Shown here: positions 19,707 through 30,166 of the stretch, piece after piece
Layout: each line of letters opens with the position of its first letter
How positions within the stretch are numbered: position 1 is the stretch's first letter
The notes under the pieces: model-generated
Databases searched by the model: none
Seen by the model: the letters and a program-made list of their open reading frames with translations, nothing else
Told to the model about the DNA's origin: nothing
Source: Bacilli bacterium
Lineage (GTDB): Bacteria > Bacillota_I > Bacilli_A > RF39 > UBA660
Direction: 5' to 3'
Assembly (NCBI GenBank): GCA_017548925.1
Contig: JAFYYX010000001.1
Location: forward strand, 169,551-233,550
DNA length: 64,000 nt
Position numbers and translations under genes: made by a program

Positions 19707-21353
19707 ATGCGAGGAATTAAGGGAATAGTACTACTTATACTTGCTTTATTCATTGTTAACATAAAAAGTGTTAGTGCTAAAAATGCTGATATTATTATTG
19801 AAGATATAAAGATTGTATCTAACTCAGAAACTGTAGAATATACAAATCCTACAGTTAAAGATAATAAAATATCTTCAGAAATTACATTTAATAATGTAAA
19901 TGATTTTGTTACTTTTGAAGTAACACTTAAAAATAATGAACACATCAAATATTTTATCGAAAAAATATCTGATGATAATAAAAATAGTAATATAACAATT
20001 ACATATGATTATGACAATAAAGAAATAACTGAAGATGGTAATAAAAAGATTACAATCAAATTTTCTTACAATAAACAAGTAGAACAAGGTGAAGATTTAT
20101 CATTTGATGATGTTAAAATCACTTTAGACTTAACAAAAGAAAATGGTGAAAAAGCTCAGGTTATATATAACCCTGATACAAATGATAACATTATAACTTA
20201 TGTAATAGTATTTACTCTATCAGTAACATTTATAGGATTATTTATTAAAAATAAATATGTAAAAAGATCAATGCTTGCAATCCTGCTTTTATTAATTGCA
20301 CCAAAAATGATTAATGCAACAACAGATGATGTATATGAAATTAATATTTCATTTAATAATGCTCATATTAATGGAACAGCAATTACTTATAGTATTAATA
20401 TTGATGAGGAATTAACTAAACAAGAAATAGAAACACCTATTATAAATAGTTATACAGTTAATTATGATGCTAATGATGGTATTGGTTCTATTGATTCAGC
20501 TACATATAGCTTTGATGAAGAATTTACTTTACCAGAAGATGTTCTTACTAGAGATGGATATGATTTTATTGGTTGGAATACTGAAAAAGATGGAACTGGT
20601 AAAAACTATAGTGCAGGTGAAACTGTTAAAGGTTTAATTCAAAATGAAGAAATAACTTTATATGCAAATTGGGAAGAAATAAGTAATAACAATTTTGTAT
20701 TATTTAGTCTATTTAGTATGCCAAATATAACTCCTGAAATACCAGATGAATTAATAGATGATGAATACGATTCTGATTTTCCAGTAGTATTTAGTGCTAA
20801 AGGACCATGTGTATTTAATGGACCAGAAGAATATATTACTGGTGATTCTTGTGAAATGTATAAAGATGATAAATTTATTAATACTAATGTAAGTTTATTT
20901 AGTGAAGAAAATTATCAAAAAGATTTTGAAATAAAATTTGATATCTTATCTTATAATCCTAATAATCAATCATCAGAAACAATACAACAAACATTTATGA
21001 ATATTAAACTTGAAGACGAGTCTTCGGGTTACCCAGGTATTGTAGTAAGAAAAAGTGCAAATAGTATTCACATTGGTGTTAAAGATGGAAATGGAAAAGT
21101 AAATTACAAAAACATTAAATATTCTGACATTCAAAATGTTAGAATTGTAAAAAAGGATAGTATTATTTATTATAGTATTAATGATAATGAATTAACTAAA
21201 TTATCTGATATGTCTAATTTCAATCATCCATTTGATGTTCCACTATACTTTGGTGCATCATCTCTTCCTGATGGAACTCCAATGAGAATAATTAATGCTA
21301 AACTTGCTAACATGACTATTAGAATGGGTAAAATTAATAAAGATTTAAATTAA
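19707..21353 (+). CDS. Surface protein with internal NPxT-TM-basic-signal segment, InlB-B/Flg_new-like repeat and C-terminal beta-sandwich
   Basis: Signal peptide VSA|K; NPDTNDNI+TM; YDANDG..RDGYDFIGWNTEKDGTG..TLYANW repeat. Confidence 0.8.
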   Translation: MRGIKGIVLLILALFIVNIKSVSAKNADIIIEDIKIVSNSETVEYTNPTVKDNKISSEITFNNVNDFVTFEVTLKNNEHIKYFIEKISDDNKNSNITITYDYDNKEITEDGNKKITIKFSYNKQVEQGEDLSFDDVKITLDLTKENGEKAQVIYNPDTNDNIITYVIVFTLSVTFIGLFIKNKYVKRSMLAILLLLIAPKMINATTDDVYEINISFNNAHINGTAITYSINIDEELTKQEIETPIINSYTVNYDANDGIGSIDSATYSFDEEFTLPEDVLTRDGYDFIGWNTEKDGTGKNYSAGETVKGLIQNEEITLYANWEEISNNNFVLFSLFSMPNITPEIPDELIDDEYDSDFPVVFSAKGPCVFNGPEEYITGDSCEMYKDDKFINTNVSLFSEENYQKDFEIKFDILSYNPNNQSSETIQQTFMNIKLEDESSGYPGIVVRKSANSIHIGVKDGNGKVNYKNIKYSDIQNVRIVKKDSIIYYSINDNELTKLSDMSNFNHPFDVPLYFGASSLPDGTPMRIINAKLANMTIRMGKINKDLN

Positions 21354-21357
21354 TATA

Positions 21358-21398
21358 AGACAAGTTTTTGTAAAAACTTACAAAAAACTTGTCTTTTT
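21358..21398 (+). terminator. Long intrinsic terminator hairpin
   Basis: AGACAAGTTTTT...AAAAACTTGTCT + T run. Confidence 0.85.
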
Positions 21399-21453
21399 TA
21401 AATCTTGCATATATTTTCTTGATAATATAGATAATAGGAAGGAAGTGTTAAAA

Positions 21454-22995
21454 ATGTCAAAAGGTTTAGACAATGTTTTATGCATTGATAAAAATATTTT
21501 AAACAAAGTTCTTTTGATTATTGGTGACAATTCCGATAGATTCCTTGATGATAATGGTAGTAAATACTTAATAGATGAATCACAGTTAAATGAAATAAGT
21601 AAAAAACTAGAAAGAATAATTGAGTTTAAAAAAAGAAGTATACCAAAAGATTTATCTTTCATGAATTCATCTAATTATAAAGAATTAAATGATAAATATG
21701 TTGAAATGCTATATAGTCCTATAAGAGATAAAGCAATTAATCATGAATCTAAAAAAGTTAACAAAGAAGAAGAATTAAGTATTGGTATAAAAATAAGTGA
21801 TGAAATTGATGGCATAAAAAGATTGCCTGATTTAATAGAAAATATTAAAAAAGAAATAAAAGAAATAAAGAAAAATAATTTATCAGAAAATATTAATGCA
21901 ATTAGTGTAAGATTTTATAATTTATATAAAAATGGTGGATCATTAGAAGAATATGAAAACATTAAAAAAGAAGTAGATACAATTATTAAAAAATCTTATT
22001 TTGATGCAATTAATAATCATCCATATGACAATAAAGGAATATTTCTTGTAAAAGAAAATAATGTAGTTAGTATATTAACGTCAGAGAACATGGATAAGTT
22101 TAAATATGGTTTAATCTATAGTCCTGCATCAATTAAATGTGTAAGAAATTTAAATGATAATTCTTTTATAAGTTTTTATAGTTTAAAAGATAATCCATAC
22201 GACATAGAATTAAATGATGAAGAACCAATTGGTATATATGCTGTAACATATGGAGAAGGATTAATTAGTCCTAACTATGAAAATGCTAAGTGTACTTATA
22301 AACAAGTTGGAATACCTTTTATTGAAATTGATAAAACAAAATATATTGATCGATCAGAACTAAGCATAAAAGAATTAATAGACAATTTACTTGATGATAA
22401 AGGAATTCCAGTAAAAAATAAAGATGAAGAATTTTATAATAAATTTGATTTTTTCTATAATAAATTTAAAAGTCTTAAAGCTGGTAATTATGATGAAGGA
22501 AGAATTATAAACTTGTTTGATTTTTGCCATAACATAATTTTTAGTCAAAGATGGCTTGATCCAAATTACCTGTTAAGTAGTGATAACTCAGTAGAAACAA
22601 TTAAAGAAGCTTTTGATCATAATATATATTTAGATTTTAATATTTTTCGAAATAATAGAATTGATATTGATCAACTCGATACTTTTGAAAGAATATTTTA
22701 TAGTAAAAAAAGTGATCATCGATTAAATATGGTATATGCTGGTATAGAAGAAATATTAAATGAAATACATAACGCATCAAGTGAAAGAAAACAAGAAATT
22801 GTTAATATAATTAATTCATCACCATGTAGTGATAGTTATTTAATTAAACAGTTAATACTACCTAAAAATAATCAAAAAGAAACTAAAAATATTAATAGTT
22901 ATAAACAAGTTAATATGGTAAGAGTAGATAATAATGATGATAAGGTAAATAGTTTATTGTCACTATTAAAATCAAATGACGGATTCTCAAGATAA
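21454..22995 (+). CDS. Hypothetical orphan protein (ends DGFSR)
   Basis: Long ORF, SD AGGAAG, own terminator 22995-23030. Confidence 0.8.
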   Translation: MSKGLDNVLCIDKNILNKVLLIIGDNSDRFLDDNGSKYLIDESQLNEISKKLERIIEFKKRSIPKDLSFMNSSNYKELNDKYVEMLYSPIRDKAINHESKKVNKEEELSIGIKISDEIDGIKRLPDLIENIKKEIKEIKKNNLSENINAISVRFYNLYKNGGSLEEYENIKKEVDTIIKKSYFDAINNHPYDNKGIFLVKENNVVSILTSENMDKFKYGLIYSPASIKCVRNLNDNSFISFYSLKDNPYDIELNDEEPIGIYAVTYGEGLISPNYENAKCTYKQVGIPFIEIDKTKYIDRSELSIKELIDNLLDDKGIPVKNKDEEFYNKFDFFYNKFKSLKAGNYDEGRIINLFDFCHNIIFSQRWLDPNYLLSSDNSVETIKEAFDHNIYLDFNIFRNNRIDIDQLDTFERIFYSKKSDHRLNMVYAGIEEILNEIHNASSERKQEIVNIINSSPCSDSYLIKQLILPKNNQKETKNINSYKQVNMVRVDNNDDKVNSLLSLLKSNDGFSR

Positions 22996-23096
22996 AACCA
23001 TAACATACTTTTATTGTGTTATGGTTTTTTAAATGTTAAAATATAAAAGAAATTTTAAATATTTGTTAATAATATATATGAAGGGAGGAACTAATT

Positions 23097-25049
23097 ATGT
23101 TTAAACTAGAGTCAAAGTATCAACCATCTGGCGATCAACCAGAGGCTATAAAAAAAATAGTTGAAGGTATTAAAGATGGAAAGAAAGATCAAGTTTTATT
23201 AGGTGCAACAGGTACAGGTAAAACATTTACTATGGCAAATGTTATAAAAGAAGTTAATAAACCAACTTTAGTACTTGCTCATAATAAAACATTAGCTGGT
23301 CAACTTTATGCTGAATTTAAAGAATTATTTCCAAATAACCATGTAGAATACTTTGTATCTTATTATGATTATTATCAACCCGAAGCATATGTTCCTTCTT
23401 CAAATACATATATAGAAAAAGATTCATCTGTTAATGATGAAATAGATGAACTAAGACATAGTGCAACATCATCTTTAATTAATTATGATGATGTTATTGT
23501 TGTTGCATCTGTATCATGTATTTATGGTATTGGTGAAAAAGAAGAATATGAAAATAATATGTTGGTTTTATCTGTTGGAGATATTATTGATAGAAGAGTA
23601 ATTATTAATAAATTAATAGATATGACATATGAAAGAAATGAACTAGATTTTCATAGAGGTACATTTAGATCTAAAGGTGATATCATTGATATTATTCCAG
23701 TTAATGAAAAAGCTCATGGAATAAGAATATCTTTATTTGATGATGAAATAGAAAAAATATCTATGTTTGATCCTTTAACTGGAGTATTAATCGAAAATAA
23801 AAAAACAGTTGTTATATCACCTGCTTCTCACTTTGTTACTGGATCTGAAAAAATGGAAGAAGCTATAAGAAGAATAAAAGCAGAGTTAGATGATAGATTA
23901 GAATACTTTAAAGATAAGGGTAAATTAATTGAAGAACAAAGACTAAGAGAAAGAACAAATTATGATATTGAAATGTTAAAAGAAACAGGATTTTGCACAG
24001 GAATTGAGAACTACTCAAGGCACTTAGCTTTAAGAGCTGAAGGAGAAACTCCATGCTGTCTTTTAGACTTCTTTCCCAAAGATTTTTTAATGTTTATTGA
24101 TGAATCACATGTTACACTTCCTCAAGTAAGAGCTATGTATAATGGTGATAGAATGCGTAAACAAACATTAGTTGATTACGGTTTTAGACTTCCATCAGCT
24201 CTTGATAATAGACCACTAAAGTTTGAAGAGTTTGAAGAAAAAATAAATCAAGTAGTTTATGTATCAGCAACACCTGGTGATTATGAACTTGAAAAAACTG
24301 ATAATAAAGTTGTTGAACAAATTATTAGACCAACAGGACTTCTTGATCCAACAATTGAAGTTAAACCATCACTTAATCAAATCGATGATATTGTTGATCA
24401 AATCAAAGAACGAGTTAAGAATAATGAAAGAGTCTTAATAACAACTTTAACTATTAGAATGAGTGAGGAATTAACTAACTATTTAAAAGAACTTAATATT
24501 AAAGTTGCTTACCTACATAGTGAAGTAAAAACACTAGAAAGATTAAAAATAATTAAAGAGTTAAGAGAAGGTACTTATGATTGTATAGTTGGTATTAACC
24601 TTTTAAGAGAAGGACTTGATATACCAGAGGTTAGTTTAATATGTATCTTAGATGCTGATAAACAAGGTTTCTTAAGAAGTACTCGAAGTTTAATTCAAAC
24701 GATAGGTAGAGCAGCAAGAAATAGTAAAGGCCATGTTATTATGTATGCTGATACTATAAGTGAATCTATGGATGAGGCAATTAAAGAAACTGAAAGAAGA
24801 AGAACTATTCAAGATAACTATAATAAAAAGCATAATATTATTCCAAAAACAATTGAAAAACCAATAAGTGAAGTTATATCAAATAAAATTGTTGAAAAAG
24901 TTGAAAATACAAAAACAAATAGAAATGATATTAAGAATGCTATATCTGAAATTGAAGCAGAAATGAAAAAAGCAGCTGCTAATATGGATTTTGAAAGAGC
25001 CATGGAGTTAAGAGATATTTTATTTGAACTTAAAGGAAATATAAAGTAA
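23097..25049 (+). CDS. uvrB: Excinuclease ABC subunit B
   Basis: [18 protein letters not shown] beta-hairpin, [14 protein letters not shown]-terminal UVR domain. Confidence 0.98.
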   Translation: MFKLESKYQPSGDQPEAIKKIVEGIKDGKKDQVLLGATGTGKTFTMANVIKEVNKPTLVLAHNKTLAGQLYAEFKELFPNNHVEYFVSYYDYYQPEAYVPSSNTYIEKDSSVNDEIDELRHSATSSLINYDDVIVVASVSCIYGIGEKEEYENNMLVLSVGDIIDRRVIINKLIDMTYERNELDFHRGTFRSKGDIIDIIPVNEKAHGIRISLFDDEIEKISMFDPLTGVLIENKKTVVISPASHFVTGSEKMEEAIRRIKAELDDRLEYFKDKGKLIEEQRLRERTNYDIEMLKETGFCTGIENYSRHLALRAEGETPCCLLDFFPKDFLMFIDESHVTLPQVRAMYNGDRMRKQTLVDYGFRLPSALDNRPLKFEEFEEKINQVVYVSATPGDYELEKTDNKVVEQIIRPTGLLDPTIEVKPSLNQIDDIVDQIKERVKNNERVLITTLTIRMSEELTNYLKELNIKVAYLHSEVKTLERLKIIKELREGTYDCIVGINLLREGLDIPEVSLICILDADKQGFLRSTRSLIQTIGRAARNSKGHVIMYADTISESMDEAIKETERRRTIQDNYNKKHNIIPKTIEKPISEVISNKIVEKVENTKTNRNDIKNAISEIEAEMKKAAANMDFERAMELRDILFELKGNIK

Positions 25050-25168
25050 AGCATTTGCTTTACTTTTTTATTTTATAAATAATTTACTTATTTATGTAAA
25101 TTAAGTTTTAAAATTTATTAAGTACTATATATAGTTATTATATAATTTAATAAAGAGGTGCATATAAT

Positions 25169-26425
25169 ATGCTAACAAATTTTAAAAGAGAAATAGCTGA
25201 AGATTTATATAATGAGCTTAAAAGTGATTTAAATAGTAATAAAAATTCATTTCTTAATGAAGCATTTCATTATATTAGTAAACAAAACAATGAATTAGCT
25301 AGTAAGTTTGGTAAACACAAAGAGTATGCTAACTTTGTAAGTACTTTAAATGAAAAAACTAAAGATTTAGCTAAAGAAATAAATGAATATGTACAAAAAT
25401 TAATTGAAGAACAAGAAAAACAAATTGAGAAAAGTGTTACAGATATATTAAATAAATCTGATACTTTAACTCTTGATCAAATAAATGATGAATTATTTAA
25501 TGCTAAAAGAAATATTTCTGAATTCACAAGAGAAAAAGCAAATAAAATTAATGACTTAACACAAGACAAAATTAAAGATACATTAGAAACTTTTAATCAA
25601 AAAACAACGCAAGCAAAACTTCCTAATGAATTAATTGAAAAACTTGTAAAAGATTATCGATATGATATAAATAGAAATATAGGTGAACCTGCAAATGCAT
25701 TTGCTGATCGATCTAGTAATGAAGTAGAAAGATATTATGAAAATGCCAAAGAAAAATTTAAAGAAATGAAAGAAGGAGAATTAGATTTAAGTAAAACTAG
25801 TTCTGTAACAACTGAAAATGAAATAACTAAGGGATTAGAAGATGAGAAAAAAGATACAACAAATAAAGTTAAAGTAGATGACTTAAAACTATATGGTTTT
25901 ACTGATATTGAAACTCTACAACTTTATATAAATACATTAAGCCCTGTAACATTATCTGAAAAAGATGGTTTCTTAGTTGTAATGGATGAAAATGGGATTG
26001 AAGAAGATGCATCAATTAAAGAAGAAGATGGAAAAGTATTCTTAAAACTTCATAATAAAAACGAACAAGAATCATATGGAATAGATTTAGATAGTAAGAA
26101 TAAATCAATTTCAATTAAAAAAGGTGAAAATGGCGTTGTTTATGATATGAACAAAAACGAATTACAAGCCAAAACATCTGACAAAAAATACTTATTTAGA
26201 TTTGAAAATGGTAAGGTGGTTTCTTATTATACTGATGACCAAGAAAATGAGATCAAAGCAAACTTTAATCAAGTATTAGAAGAATTAAAAAAATCTGGAA
26301 TCAAAATTGAAGATGTCATCAAGGATTGTTTATACAAATCTAGTTCAACATTAATGCAAGATTCAGATTCATCTTCACTTGACATAGAAGAAGAATTAAA
26401 TAAGAGTAATGAACAACGAAGCTAG
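25169..26425 (+). CDS. Hypothetical orphan: helical N-half, beta-rich C-half (ends NEQRS)
   Basis: 418-aa ORF, TATAAT 25141 and SD AGAGGTG. Confidence 0.8.
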   Translation: MLTNFKREIAEDLYNELKSDLNSNKNSFLNEAFHYISKQNNELASKFGKHKEYANFVSTLNEKTKDLAKEINEYVQKLIEEQEKQIEKSVTDILNKSDTLTLDQINDELFNAKRNISEFTREKANKINDLTQDKIKDTLETFNQKTTQAKLPNELIEKLVKDYRYDINRNIGEPANAFADRSSNEVERYYENAKEKFKEMKEGELDLSKTSSVTTENEITKGLEDEKKDTTNKVKVDDLKLYGFTDIETLQLYINTLSPVTLSEKDGFLVVMDENGIEEDASIKEEDGKVFLKLHNKNEQESYGIDLDSKNKSISIKKGENGVVYDMNKNELQAKTSDKKYLFRFENGKVVSYYTDDQENEIKANFNQVLEELKKSGIKIEDVIKDCLYKSSSTLMQDSDSSSLDIEEELNKSNEQRS

Positions 26426-26454
26426 TTTACAACTAGCTTTTTTCATGCTATAAT
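26426..26454 (+). promoter_or_regulatory. SigA promoter of tmRNA
   Basis: TTTACA-17-TATAAT with TG extension; -35 lies in the loop of the upstream terminator hairpin. Confidence 0.75.
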
Positions 26455-26465
26455 CATGGGCACAT

Positions 26466-26817
26466 GGGGTAGTAATGGTTTCGACATATATTACTATACA
26501 TGACTGCAAGTGGATGGCACACCTAATGTGCAAAGTTAAAATTAAATGACGAATCTTATGGATTCACTCCTGCTTTCGCATAATGCAAGACTAGCGGAGA
26601 CTTCTACCTAATTTCGTTCATAGGTTAGGATAGGGGTTCATAGATATGAACTATATTATTAATATTGATTAGGTATTAATAATGAATCTTACTAATCTAG
26701 TTATTAACAAGGTTGGTTTAGAGCCATATTAATAATGGATTTTAAATCTAACTAAACTTGTAGATGTTGTGTAATAGGGTATACTGGACAGGAGTTCAAC
26801 TCTCCTCTACTCCACCA
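26466..26817 (+). ncRNA. ssrA: tmRNA; tag peptide (A)DESYGFTPAFA*
   Basis: Acceptor GGGGUAG/CUACUCC-ACCA with G3.U pair, GGUUUCGAC, T-arm GGAGUUCAACUCUCC; tag ORF 26548-26583. Confidence 0.96.
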
Positions 26818-26828
26818 TGTTAGTTAAC

Positions 26829-26853
26829 AAAAGAACCTTTAAAGGTTCTTTTT
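26829..26853 (+). terminator. tmRNA terminator
   Basis: AAAAGAACCT-ttaa-AGGTTCTTTT. Confidence 0.85.
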
Positions 26854-26882
26854 CTATGTTATAATTTATACAGGTGATTAAA

Positions 26883-27239
26883 ATGAAATTAGCAAAAAAA
26901 TATACTTTATACTTAATAAGATGGCAATTAAGTACTCCGATACTTGCCATAGTATTAAAACTTTTATCTGATATGAATACATTAACTGCAACAATTATTG
27001 CAAACTTAATTGGTGGTTTGATTTTCTTTTGGATTGATAAAATTATCTTTAAAAAGAAATCGGATGTACCTCTATGGGAAATAAAAGAAGATGTAGAATG
27101 CCACGACTGTCATAAAAAAGATAGAGGATATAGAATAGTTGAGTGGGGTAACTATGATAGAACTGAAGATAAGCATCCTCAATATAGATGCAAAGCTTGT
27201 AGTATTAACAAAATGAAAATTATCGAAAGTAAACAGTAA
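26883..27239 (+). CDS. Small membrane protein (GtrA-like hairpin) with C-terminal CxxC...CxxC finger
   Basis: RWQLSTPILA..ANLIGGLIFFWID; CHDC and CKAC. Confidence 0.8.
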   Translation: MKLAKKYTLYLIRWQLSTPILAIVLKLLSDMNTLTATIIANLIGGLIFFWIDKIIFKKKSDVPLWEIKEDVECHDCHKKDRGYRIVEWGNYDRTEDKHPQYRCKACSINKMKIIESKQ

Positions 27240-27306
27240 AAAAATTCTTGTTAAATCTAATCTAGTTATATATAATAAATAATACAAATTTTAGATGGGT
27301 GGTTTA

Positions 27307-27513
27307 ATGGGAACAATTGATTTAGATAACATTGATTTTGAAAAATTAAGATCAGCACTAGAAAAATACTATAAATCAGAACAAATCTATAAGAATCCTT
27401 TTTCAGTATCTGATGTTTTAAATGTTGATCTTGTTGCTGATTATAAGTTAGCTGTTATCGCTATTGAAAACGGTTTTGATCTTGAAAAATTTAAAAAACA
27501 AAAATCTAGATAA
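27307..27513 (+). CDS. Small hypothetical protein (ends KKQKSR)
   Basis: SD GGGTGG, TATAAT upstream, hairpin downstream. Confidence 0.7.
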   Translation: MGTIDLDNIDFEKLRSALEKYYKSEQIYKNPFSVSDVLNVDLVADYKLAVIAIENGFDLEKFKKQKSR

Positions 27514-27550
27514 TAAATAAACATTCAATTATGAGTGTTTATTTTTTAAA

Positions 27551-27579
27551 TTGATTTCCTACCATTTTGGTAGTAAAAT
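27551..27579 (+). promoter_or_regulatory. SigA promoter with Rrf2/IscR-type operator
   Basis: TTGATT-17-TAAAAT enclosing the palindrome CTACCA-ttt-TGGTAG (27559-27573). Confidence 0.8.
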
Positions 27580-27595
27580 AATCTTGGTGATTGAA

Positions 27596-27994
27596 ATGAA
27601 AATATCAACAAAAGGAAGATATGCGTTAATTATAATGATATATCTTGCTCAACGTTATAATGAAAACAGATATATTACATTAAAAGAAATTTCCGAAAAA
27701 GAAGGTATTTCTTTAAAATACCTTGAGAAAATTATAGTTTCTATTAATAAGGATAATTATTTACTTTCACAAAGAGGTAGTGAAGGTGGATATAAATTAG
27801 CAACTGATCCAAAAAATTACTATGTTTATGATATTATTACAAAGTCTGAAGGTAATATTGCTGTTACTACATGTTTAAACGCAAGTTTTAACTGTGGAAA
27901 AAAAGCAAAATGTAGTTCTTATAGACTTTGGAATGATTTAAATGGGGTTATAATTGATTTTTTAAAGAGTAAAACTCTTGATGAACTAATTTAG
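27596..27994 (+). CDS. Rrf2-family (IscR-like) regulator
   Basis: MKISTKGRYAL, YLEKI, RGSEGGY, three Cys (C-x6-C-x5-C). Confidence 0.92.
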   Translation: MKISTKGRYALIIMIYLAQRYNENRYITLKEISEKEGISLKYLEKIIVSINKDNYLLSQRGSEGGYKLATDPKNYYVYDIITKSEGNIAVTTCLNASFNCGKKAKCSSYRLWNDLNGVIIDFLKSKTLDELI

Positions 27995-28004
27995 GAGCAT
28001 GACT

Positions 28005-28760
28005 ATGGAAAAAATACTTGAAATAATTGACTTAAAAACTATCGCATCAGATGATAATGAAAAAGATATACTAAAAGGGTTAAATTTATCGATAAATAAA
28101 GGGGAAACACATGTTATCATGGGACCTAATGGATCGGGAAAATCGACCCTTGCTTTAACATGTTTTAATTCTCCAAGATATATTAAAACAAGCGGTAAGA
28201 TCTTTTTTATGGGTGAAGACATAACAAATGAAAAAACTAATGAAATTGCTAAAAAAGGATTATTTATGTCATTTCAAAAACCAGAATCAATTCCTGGAAT
28301 TAGCGTTGCCAACTTAATTAAAACTACATTAAAAGCCAAGAATAATGAAAAAATTGACTTACCTAAGTTTTATAGTGAAATTAATGATAATTTAGAGAAA
28401 TTAGGACTTAACAAAGAATTTGCACATAGAGAGTTTAATAATGGTTTTTCTGGAGGAGAACAAAAGAAAAACGAAATGCTACAACTTCTTACAATTAATC
28501 CTAAACTTGCAATTCTTGATGAAACAGATTCAGGACTAGATGTTGATGCTATAAAAACAGTTTCAAGAGCATTAAGTATCTATAAAAATAAAGATAACGC
28601 AATTCTTATAATTACACATTCAACAAAAATTCTTGAATACTTAGATGTAGATAAAGTTCATATTCTAATAAATGGTAAAATAGTTGAATCAGGTGATAAA
28701 TCTCTTGCAAATACAATTGATGAGAAAGGTTATTCAAAATATCTAGCTGATGAAAACTAA
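28005..28760 (+). CDS. sufC: Fe-S assembly ATPase SufC
   Basis: GPNGSGKST, GFSGGE, LDETDSGLDVDA. Confidence 0.96.
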   Translation: MEKILEIIDLKTIASDDNEKDILKGLNLSINKGETHVIMGPNGSGKSTLALTCFNSPRYIKTSGKIFFMGEDITNEKTNEIAKKGLFMSFQKPESIPGISVANLIKTTLKAKNNEKIDLPKFYSEINDNLEKLGLNKEFAHREFNNGFSGGEQKKNEMLQLLTINPKLAILDETDSGLDVDAIKTVSRALSIYKNKDNAILIITHSTKILEYLDVDKVHILINGKIVESGDKSLANTIDEKGYSKYLADEN

Positions 28761-30156
28761 AGTTGAAGACCTTATATTTGAAAAAGAAAATAATATATAT
28801 GATATAAAAAGTGAAAATGAATCACTTAAAAAGATATATGGTTTAAGCGAAGATATAGTTAGAGAGTTATCACATGAGAAAAATGAACCAGATTGGGTTC
28901 TTGATATAAGACTAAAAGCATTAAAACTATTTTATGAACTAGAGGATCCAACTTGGGGACCTGATATTAGTTATTTAGATATTAATAATATAGCAACATA
29001 TGTTAAATCAATTAATAATGAAAAAAGATCATGGGAAGATGTTCCTGAAGATATAAAAGATATATTTAATAAACTTGGTATTCCAGAAGCAGAAAAAGAA
29101 TCTCTTGCTGGAGTAGGAGCACAATTTGATAGCGAAGTTGTATATCATAATATGACTGAAAAAATGAAAAAATTAGGTGTAATATACCTTAATTTTGATA
29201 CTGCTATAAAAGAATATCCTGATTTAGTTAAAGAATACTTTACTAAAGCAGTACCAATTATAGACCACAAATATATAGCTCTACATTATGCATTGTTTTC
29301 TGGTGGATCATTTGTTTATATACCTAAAAACACAACTTTAGATTTACCTCTTCAAAGTTACTTTAGATTAAATGAAAAAGGTGCAGGACAATTTGAACAC
29401 ACTTTAATAATTGTTGATGAAAATTCAAAGTTGGAATTTATTGAAGGATGCTCCGCTCCTGGTTATAATGATTTGAACTTACATGCAGGATGTGTTGAGT
29501 TATTTGTAAAGAAAAATGCATTCTTGAAATTTTCAACAATTGAAAATTGGTCAAAAAACATGCTTAATTTGAATACAAAAAAATGCTTTGTAGAAGAGAA
29601 TGGCAAAATAGAATGGATTATGGGATCTTTTGGTTCTAAGGTATCAATGTTATATCCACTTAGCGTTTTAAATGGAAAAAACTCAAGTTGTGAATTTACT
29701 GCATTATCATTTGCAGGTAAAGGACAAAATCTAGATACAGGATTAAAAGTAATACATAATGCTCCAAATACATCAACAATAGTAAATTCAAAATCAATTA
29801 GTAAAGATGGCGGAATATGTACGTTTAGAAGTAATGTACGTGTTAAAAAAAGTGCTGTAATTTCAAAACTTGCATTATCATGTGAATCTTTAATGCTAGA
29901 TAATGATTCACGAAGTGATACTATTCCTGCAAATACAATTGAAAACGATTCAACAACATTTTCACATGAGGCATCTGTTGGAAATATTAATGATGATATT
30001 ATCTTTTATTTAATGACTAGAGGACTTACTGAAGAAGAATCAAAAGCACTAATAGTTCAAGGTTTTGCAGAACCAATATCTAAAGAATTCCCTGTAGAAT
30101 ATGCAGTTGAGATGAATAGATTAATAAATCTCGAACTTGAAGGGACAATAGGATAG
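28750..30156 (+). CDS. sufB: Fe-S assembly protein SufB
   Basis: AQFDSEVVY, GQFEHTLI, EGCSAP, SDTIP, HEA, FYLMTRGL. Confidence 0.96.
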   Translation: MKTKVEDLIFEKENNIYDIKSENESLKKIYGLSEDIVRELSHEKNEPDWVLDIRLKALKLFYELEDPTWGPDISYLDINNIATYVKSINNEKRSWEDVPEDIKDIFNKLGIPEAEKESLAGVGAQFDSEVVYHNMTEKMKKLGVIYLNFDTAIKEYPDLVKEYFTKAVPIIDHKYIALHYALFSGGSFVYIPKNTTLDLPLQSYFRLNEKGAGQFEHTLIIVDENSKLEFIEGCSAPGYNDLNLHAGCVELFVKKNAFLKFSTIENWSKNMLNLNTKKCFVEENGKIEWIMGSFGSKVSMLYPLSVLNGKNSSCEFTALSFAGKGQNLDTGLKVIHNAPNTSTIVNSKSISKDGGICTFRSNVRVKKSAVISKLALSCESLMLDNDSRSDTIPANTIENDSTTFSHEASVGNINDDIIFYLMTRGLTEEESKALIVQGFAEPISKEFPVEYAVEMNRLINLELEGTIG

Positions 30157-30166
30157 GTGATTAAGT

